Notes under the pieces: model-generated
The model's input: the letters and a program-made list of their open reading frames with translations, nothing else
Told to the model about the DNA's origin: nothing
Databases searched by the model: none
Shown: piece after piece, positions 1 through 6,793 of the stretch
How positions within the stretch are numbered: position 1 is the first letter of the stretch
Layout: each line of letters opens with the position of its first letter
NCBI GenBank assembly: GCA_965644295.1
Contig: CBFFRP010000609.1
Coordinates: 1-6,793, forward strand
Reading direction: 5' to 3'
Length of the DNA stretch: 6,793 nt
From: Paraphysomonas bandaiensis
Lineage: Eukaryota; Protista; Chrysophyceae
Translations under genes and position numbers: made by a program

Positions 1-204
1 AGGAACATGTATTCCTTGATTAAAAAGGAATAGAGTGTGTTGCCTAAGACTTAGAGTTGCAGTACAACTGACATCATACATGCAGAAGTCGCGACTTCGG
101 TATTGCACAGCTAACTGCAGTGACAGAGTCGATTGTCAACTGTTCTGAATCTTGTATGCTGCCTAGATTATATTGATTTGTGTGTTTGCATGCTTTATAG
201 CTCT

Positions 205-225
205 CTATCTATCTAACTATCTATC
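205..225. repeat. Short imperfect (CTAT/GATA)n microsatellite
   Basis: ctatctatctaactatctatc. Confidence 0.6.
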
Positions 226-755
226 ATACAAGTGAATGACCTAATGGTAAATGCTTTGTGTTTTTCAGTTAAATGAAGTAATTCGTTCAGCTTGGACAGC
301 TAGGAAAAAGTATTTTATCGCATCCGTTATAATTCAGTACTGGCACTGTTATGTACCCCTTTACTGGTTCTGATCTATTTGAACACTCAAAGCTCTGTTT
401 CATGTCAACTTTTTGTTTGGCATTCTATTCTTTAAAGCATGTTGTATGGTGTCGTTTTCTCTCATTCTCTTCAGTTGGGAGAACTGTTGGCCTTCTTATA
501 TTGGCTTCCAATAATTTTGAAGTATATGTTATATGACTGGTTTCCGAGCAGTTTTTGTAGGAACGTATTGTGATTCGTCCTAGTAGAGGAAGGAAGCAGT
601 GTTGTGATGTGTGCTTGTAACTAATAACCATGACCTAGATGTGGTCTTCAGCTGTCATCTCAGAAGGCGTAGTTCATACCTCGGGCACGTCAATAAAATA
701 CACTATACTTTGATCGCCTGTGGCGTAGAGTACGAAGTAACATATCTAGAATGAA

Positions 756-860
756 GTGTTACTAAGTGTGAATAGAAGTAAGTTTTACTAGTGTTTACAA
801 AGTGTGAATAGAAGTAAGTGATACTAGTGTTTACTAAGTGTGAATAGAAGTAAGTGTTAC
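756..860. repeat. 36-bp minisatellite, about 2.9 copies
   Basis: AAGTGTGAATAGAAGTAAGT is exact at 764, 800 and 836. The intervening 16-mers TTTACTAGTGTTTACA and GATACTAGTGTTTACT are near-identical. Confidence 0.95.
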
Positions 861-1520
861 GAAGTTACACACAAAGTAACATCATATCTTATCAAAAACT
901 CACTTAATATTCAATTGATTAAAATTGTGGTGAACATTTCTCACCATGACTGTCATTCATCTAATCTATATCGCCTCTACTACAAGTCTGTAATCATTAT
1001 CAGCAAATCTTAGATAGTCACGATCTTATGCAATCAATGTACAATATTCAGTTTCACAAATATAGTTCTGATCATTTCATTAGTTAATGTAATACTGTTT
1101 TAAACTACTGTGTTAGAATTGGATTTTCACTGAATTTAACTTTGCTCTACACGTAAACCTTAATCTTATCTGTTATATAGTCACACATCAGTAACTGAAT
1201 TTCCGGACACGAGCTGATGTCTGAGTATGCACATTTAGTGCAGATGCGTGAGCCAACCGTATTTAATCCTCAAAATGAGCAGTACGTTAGTCGAGAAGAT
1301 TACCACCACATCGCAAGATATTTTCTGCAATAAACGTTACAAAATATGTTTTCTTAGAAGTCAGCTATATCCACACAGCAGCTTATCAGCTAGCTTCCGT
1401 ATATATAAGTTGTTTGTAGCACACGTACAAGTGCAACGAGATAATACTTTTATTGCAATATCTCTTATTATAATAAAAGAATGATGACATTATTGGTTGC
1501 TCTGGGAGTAGTAAGTGTAC

Positions 1521-2074
1521 CCGCAGGACATAATCGTGACTTCCCATCATCATAGGCATATGTATCACCTGTTGATACTGCGTCTGTAAAATCAGCTCCT
1601 ACTACATCTGCATAAACCTCAGAAACATCTAATTGCTAGTATGAGATTGCAATCTTTGAACATAGATGCCTACATTTTCTTTGGCAAGAATATGTTGATA
1701 AATGTCTTGAGCACGACGAGTGAATCATACGTCCCATCGTTTCCAGTGGTTTCCCACCCATTGTCACACAACTTATGAATGAAATATAGTTTTCATGTAC
1801 GGCTATGTTACCTCTCCTCGACAGCTGTCCCATCTAGGCTGGAAGAAGGAAGGATGTCAAGTACAAGATAAAGTAGTAATTAATGAAGAATTTATTTCTT
1901 TTAAGTGTGATATTTTACTATACATACTCCAATCACTCTATTTGTTGGTGCGTGTGTTTGTCGGTGCCATGTTTTCCTCTGAATTTCATGAATGGAATCA
2001 GAGATTTCCACAGATCATAATCATACGTACACTCTTGTCATAACAATACGCTCAATACATAAGAGTATATGCAT
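1521..2074 (-). pseudogene. Probable micro-exon gene or pseudogene, Cys-rich extracellular-type product; candidate exons 2074-2027, 1978-1928, 1838-1812, 1771-1731, 1669-1521
   Basis: Four GT-AG introns of 48, 89, 40 and 61 nt (donors GTATGA, GTATGT, GTAACA, GTATGA) join in frame to MHILLCIERIVMTRVYRKTWHRQTHAPTNRVIGPRWDSCRGELCDNGWETTGNDGTHLCSKIAISY*QLDVSEVYADVVGADFTDAVSTGDTYAYDDGKSRLCPA. 21 of 38 codons after the TAG begin with G. This is a hand-built model with no recognised homologue. Confidence 0.4.
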
Positions 2075-2656
2075 GTAACGGTCAGTTCTATCAGTATTGA
2101 GAGTTCAGTTCATGTGAATGGGATGATACTCTGATAGAGACATCTCTAAGTATGTATAGAGGATAGAATGTGCTCTATTTGATAACATATTCAAGAAGAT
2201 CTCCTGCAGGTTACTATAATGCTGCATGTTGTATGGGGATACTCTATAAGATCATCACTCCTCTAGACATGCTGTGCATGTGTACATACATGGACATATA
2301 TGGACATCTGCTGTATATAGATTTTTGTAGACGAATTTAGGCGTATTTTAAGCTTATTACAGGCTTTTTAGCATAAAAAACCGCTTTTATATAAAGAGTT
2401 CAATAAAAGTTGGCGGTCTTTATTCAGACCAGGCCTGAAAACCTCAAAAAAACGACAAAACAGTAACATATAGAAACACACGTTACAATATTAACCTCTT
2501 AAAGTGTTGATACAAAGTATTCACTATAGATGATTGAGACATGAATATCTTCCCAACAAGTAGTCGACATGACCGGAGAGAGGAGTTATTTCATCGCATA
2601 ATGAAATTACACACATATAATGCGGTCAACTATCGTATGGATGACATATTTTTTGT

Positions 2657-2777
2657 TTAGGCCCTGTTGGATTCATACAATGGATTTTGGTGCTGGATTT
2701 TCATTCACTGGATTTTTGAGAAATTCCACTGGCTGAAAAACCAAAAAATATACACCACATCTTCAAACATGACATAA
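2657..2777. mobile_element. Degenerate fold-back element, MITE-like (possibly Tourist/PIF-Harbinger type)
   Basis: Inner arms 2694-2716 and 2721-2743 are reverse-complementary at 18/23 positions. The ends TTA-GGCCCTGTTGGA and TCAAACATGACA-TAA are partly complementary. The motif TGGATT occurs four times on the left arm. Confidence 0.4.
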
Positions 2778-3078
2778 ATTTGTTAGGAATATTCCCACAT
2801 ATACATATGGTGTGATCCACCCGCCCCACACACTACTTTTTTTTATAGGATAGTCAAGCTGTTCCACAGACAATCATGCAGAAAGTTGACACGAAGTTTT
2901 ATGAAGTGAAGTGAGACGACAGCTTCCACACACTCCGAAGTGACTATACGGAGATATGTATACATAACAAGAGTGAGTGTGATGGTTAAACACAACTAAC
3001 AAACACACATATACACACTCTCATCAGATCAGACACTCTTCAGCCTCTTCAGTCCCAGTGCTCTGCTCATCCACTGAT

Positions 3079-3139
3079 ATGCTGTCTGAGTTGTGTCTGT
3101 TCCTCTGCGTGGCTGTTATGGGATATCAACCATCTCAAG
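3079..3139 (+). other. Exon 1 encoding a probable signal peptide
   Basis: MLSELCLFLCVAVMG-YQPSQG has a hydrophobic core LCLFLCVAVM followed by small residues. The unspliced frame stops at TGA 3178-3180, so splicing is needed. Confidence 0.8.
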
Positions 3140-6100
3140 GTAATGGTTCGTGTTATCATACTAACATAATGATCATATGATTGATTAGGCCATAATATAT
3201 CTGAGTTACATCGTCACTTATCTCATCAACAACTCTATTCGCTCACTTTTATAGCTGGAAACGGTGAAGAGGGACACTATGATGCGATTGGGACAAACTC
3301 AAAGTTTATCCGACCCGCTGGCGTGAAGTTGTACTCCTCGGATCAATATGCATTGATTGGTGATTATACCCGTGTACGTAAGATCGATTTGGCTACAATG
3401 GCAGCATCCACTGTGGCTGGAAATGGATTCGGTGGTAACACTGATGGTGTTGGAACCCTTGCACAGTTTGTGGCACCATATGGATTAGCGATATCTTCGG
3501 ACAATAGTTTCGCAGTGGTGGCAGACTTTGACAGTCATTACATACGACTGTTGCTGTTATCATCTCGGCAAGTTGTTACTCTTCATCCTGACGGTTCTGG
3601 GGGTGGATCGCAGGACGGTGGATCAGCATCTAGTTTCAATAGCCCACGTGATATTGTACTATCTGCAGATGACTCGTATGCCCTCATTGTCGACAGATAT
3701 AATAATCGAATTAAGAAATTAGTTCTGACAGACAAGATCATCACTACTGTTGCGGGCGGCTCGAGTGGAAATGCCGATGGTATTGGTACAAATGCTCAAT
3801 TTAATAATCCTATTGGTATGTTCATGTCCTCTGACAAATCTTTTGTGTTGATAACAGAATTTGCGGGTAATCGTGTACGTAAGATGGTATTATCGACATC
3901 TATGGTTACTACCATTGCAGGATCTAGTTCGGTGGGTACGGTGGATGGTGTGGGAACTTCAGCTACTTTTTCGGCCCCATCATCGGTGGTCCTTTCCCAA
4001 TCGGACACTGTGGCATATGTGACTGACCTAGGTGGACATGCCATTCGACACATTGATATGGCCACCCTGCAGGTGACAAGGGTCGTTGGAACCACGGCCG
4101 ATGCATGTATAGATGGTGTAGGTACAAGTGCTTCAATTTCAACCCCTTCTTCCCTTGACATTTCTGATGACGAGTCATTCATGTTAGTTTCTAGTATGTA
4201 TAGCCATCGTATTGCCAAGGTCAGTGGCCTACCTACTCTCCCTGTTAGTTTGCCGACAATTTCTCCCACAATTTCACCATATAGTGCTGCCGAGGTGACC
4301 TTTCTGTGTGACATGGTCACTTTTACCAGTGTGGGTATTGTGCACCCGAGCTGGAGTTGCACCAATACCGATGACAGAACGGCATGGGATGGACTCGGCT
4401 TTAGCGATGGGTCAATAATCAGTATAGATTTGAGTTCACGTGGTTTGAGTGGCACGCTGCCATCATCCATAGGGTCATTGACGAAACTAACAGCCTTGAA
4501 TTTCAAATCGAACATTCTCGCTGGTGGTGTTCCCGATACCATAACTTCATTGTCAAATCTCAGTCTACTTAATTTCGGTAATAATTCTTTGCAAGGAACT
4601 ATTCCGATGGGGATGGTGGATATGACTAATTTAATTAATATTGACTTAGGAAGCAACCGTCTGAGTGGAGTGATACCTCCATTGAATGGTTTAATGTCCG
4701 GTCTTACGAATCTGAGATTAGATTCGAACATGCTTTCTGGTGGTATTCCATCGACTTTGGGTGAAATTGTAGGTTTATATTTTATTCGAATTTATAATAA
4801 TCTTCTCTCTGGGCCCCTTCCAACTGAACTCAGTTCGTTGATGAGTCTACGGATTCTCAGTGCGGCTAACAACGTATTATCTGGAACTCTACCTTCGGCT
4901 TTTGGGGTCCTCAGTCGTATGGAAGTATTTCAGTTGAATGGGAATTACCTGACTGGAAGTATTCCTTTGTCGTATGCGAATTTAAATTCGATACGGTCAC
5001 TCAGGTTGGACTCTAATAATTTGAATGGGGACTTTCCTCCTGGTCTTTGTGATATTTCTGGAATGGATGTTTTCTATTTGACTCAGACGTCTCATCATGA
5101 GTGCAGAATACCATCTGCTCCTCCGTCGTTTGCCCCAACGATTTCCCCCACTGCTATTCCCACTGCGCCAAGTCTCCACCCTTCGGGAGAACCGTCTGGG
5201 CAACCCTCGGAGCATCCTTCTTATCAACCATCATTGCGTCCAACGGGAATTCCGACATATATGCCTACAGGGGCACCGTCAGCTCAGCCTACTTGTGAAC
5301 CCTCGTGGCTGCCTACTAGTCAGCCTTCATCGCTGCCTTCGAGAGAACCGTCTGGACAGCCCACTACTCAACCTTCAGAACAACCTACTAGTGCACCTTC
5401 ATCGATCCCTTCGGTAAAACCGTCTGGATACCCCACCAGTCGACCTTCAGTACAACCTTCTGCCGCACCTTCTGGAGAGCCTACTGGTGTACCTTCTGGA
5501 CGGCCAACTGGCGAGCCTACTTGTGCACCTTCTGGAGAGCCAACTAGTGAGCCTACTTGTGTACCTTCTGGAGAACCAACTGGCGAACCCTCTAGACAAC
5601 CTACTTGTGTACCTTCTGGAGAACCAACTGGACAACCTACTGGTGTACCGTCTGGCGAGCCATCTGAACAACCTACTAGTGTACCTTCTGGACAGCCATC
5701 TGGACAACCTACTTGTGTACCTTCTGGACAGCCAACTGGCGAGCCATCTGGACAACCTACTAGTGTACCTTCTGGACAACCTTCTGGAGAGCCTTCCAGA
5801 CAACCAACTTATGTACCTTCTGGACATCCAACTGGTGAGCCTACTAGCGTACCTTCTGGAGAGCCAACTGGCGAGCCCTCTGGTCAACCTTCTGGACAGC
5901 CAACTGGTGAGCCTACTTGTGTACCATCTGGAGAGCCAACTGGCGAGCCATCTGGACAACCTTCTGGTGTACCGTCTGTAGAGCCAACTGGCGAGCCTAC
6001 ATGTGTGCCTTCTGGACGGCCATCTGGCGAGCCTACTTGTGTACCATCTGGACAGCCAACTGGCGAGCCATCTGGACAACCTACTAATGTACCATCTGGA

Positions 6101-6793
6101 CAGCCAACTTGTGTACCTTCTGGAGAGCCAACTGGTGAGCCCTCTAGGCAACCTACTGGTATACCTTCGGGAGATCCAACTAGCGAGCCCTCTGGACAAC
6201 CTTCTGGAGAGCCAACAGGTGAACCTACATGTGTACCTTCTGGACGGCCATCTGGCGAGCCTACTTGTGTACCATCTGGACAGCCAACTGGCGAGCCATC
6301 TGGACAACCTACTAATGTACCATCTGGACAGCCAACTGGCGAGCCTACTTGTGTACCATCTGGACAGCCAACTGGCGAGCCTACTTGTGTACCATCTGGA
6401 AAGCCAACTGATGAGCCTACTGGTATACCTTCGGGAGAGCCAACTAGCGAGCCCTCTAGACAACCATCTGGAAAGCCAACTGGCGAGCCTACTTGTGTAC
6501 CTTCTGGAGAGCCCTCTAGACAACCTACTGGTGTACCTTCGGGAGATCCAACTGGCGAACCTACTTGTGTACCTTCTGGAGAGCCAACTGGCGAGCCTTC
6601 TGGACAACCTTCTGGAGAGCCAACTGGCGAGCCATCTGGACAACCTACTAGTGTACCATCTGGACAGCCAACTGGTGGACCTACTTGTGTACCTTCTGGA
6701 GTGCCTTCTTATGTACCATCTAGCGAGCCTACTTGTGTACCTTCTGGAGTGCCAACTGGCGAGCCATCTGGACAACCTACTTTTCTGCCTTCA
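3079..6793 (+). CDS. Secreted/cell-surface NHL-repeat + leucine-rich-repeat protein with long Pro/Ser/Thr stalk; join(3079..3139,3189..>6793), 3'-partial, >=1222 aa
   Basis: Hand translation shows frame +2 open from 3185 to the window end with no stop. ATG 3079 starts a hydrophobic leader (MLSELCLFLCVAVMGYQPSQ) that joins this frame through a phase-1 GT-AG intron. NHL, LRR and PS/PT repeat motifs follow in order. Confidence 0.93.
3140..3188 (+). other. 49-nt spliceosomal intron (phase 1)
   Basis: Donor AAG|GTAATG at 3139/3140. Perfect branch consensus TACTAAC at 3159-3165. The first AG after it is TTAG at 3185-3188. Removing the intron restores the frame (CAA G|GC CAT). Confidence 0.8.
3236..4222 (+). 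other. NHL-repeat domain, six ~55-aa repeats (probable six-bladed beta-propeller)
   Basis: Six copies of T[IV]AG...DGxGTxAxFxxPxG[ILV]x[ILV]SxDxxxxx[IV]xDxxNxR[IV]RK, e.g. TTVAGGSSGNADGIGTNAQFNNPIGMFMSSDKSFVLITEFAGNRVRKM and STVAGNGFGGNTDGVGTLAQFVAPYGLAISSDNSFAVVADFDSHYIR. Confidence 0.88.
4292..5104 (+). other. LRR domain: N-cap, nine 24-aa plant-specific-type LRRs, Cys-containing C-cap
   Basis: Repeats match LxxLxLxxNxLsGxIPxxLxxL, e.g. LINIDLGSNRLSGVIPP, LTNLRLDSNMLSGGIPSTLGEI, MEVFQLNGNYLTGSIPLSYANL. N-cap EVTFLCD...WSC...WDG. C-cap GLCD...HEC. Confidence 0.93.
5168..6793 (+). repeat. Coding 12-bp tandem repeat encoding (P-[ST]-x-x)n, 135.5 units, mucin-like stalk
   Basis: A proline codon occurs every 12 nt without a register break from 5168 to 6788. 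Main units are PSGE, PSGQ, PTGE and PTCV. Confidence 0.97.

Noticed and set aside
85-98. Perfect 14-bp palindrome GAAGTCGCGACTTC
   Set aside because: About 0.4 such palindromes are expected by chance in 6.8 kb (6793/4^7), and there is no supporting context.
756-860. Possible CRISPR array
   Set aside because: The would-be spacers are only 16 bp and nearly identical, there are no cas genes, and the context is eukaryotic.
351-2043. Short listed ORFs in the upstream region as standalone genes
   Set aside because: They are 60-82 aa with no motifs and intron-like composition. They are better explained as chance frames or partial overlaps with the spliced minus-strand model.
2990-3078. CA/CT-rich tract as a core promoter or 5' UTR
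   Set aside because: The position is plausible, but no specific element or start site can be supported from sequence alone.
3796-4731. 311-aa minus-strand ORF (and the nested 3963..4178 ORF)
   Set aside because: It lies antisense to the NHL/LRR coding region and has no recognisable motifs of its own.
4997-5981. ORFs 4997..5227(-), 5097..5417, 5101..5298 and 5487..5981(+)
   Set aside because: These are off-frame or antisense readings of the main gene. The Leu-rich periodicity comes from shifted Pro/Ser/Thr codons.
5447-6775. 442-aa Arg/Trp/Ser-rich minus-strand ORF
   Set aside because: It is the antisense shadow of the 12-bp coding repeat. The + frame is continuous with clear NHL and LRR domains.

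Overview
Eukaryotic genomic DNA with short spliceosomal introns. A stramenopile/microalgal origin is inferred from protein style only. The main feature is a large + strand gene missing from the ORF track because it has no stop in the window: join(3079..3139,3189..>6793), at least 1222 aa. By hand translation it encodes a signal peptide, a short RxL-containing pro-segment, a six-repeat NHL beta-propeller, a Pro/Thr linker, nine plant-type 24-aa LRRs with caps, and over 540 aa of strictly phased P-[ST]-x-x tetrapeptides carrying 17 regularly placed cysteines. It looks like a secreted or cell-surface receptor/adhesin on a mucin-like stalk. The upstream 3 kb holds a probable divergent, micro-exon-rich minus-strand gene or pseudogene (Cys-rich, one in-frame TAG), a 36-bp minisatellite and a degenerate ~120-bp fold-back (MITE-like) element. 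Most listed ORFs are shadows of the main gene or chance frames.
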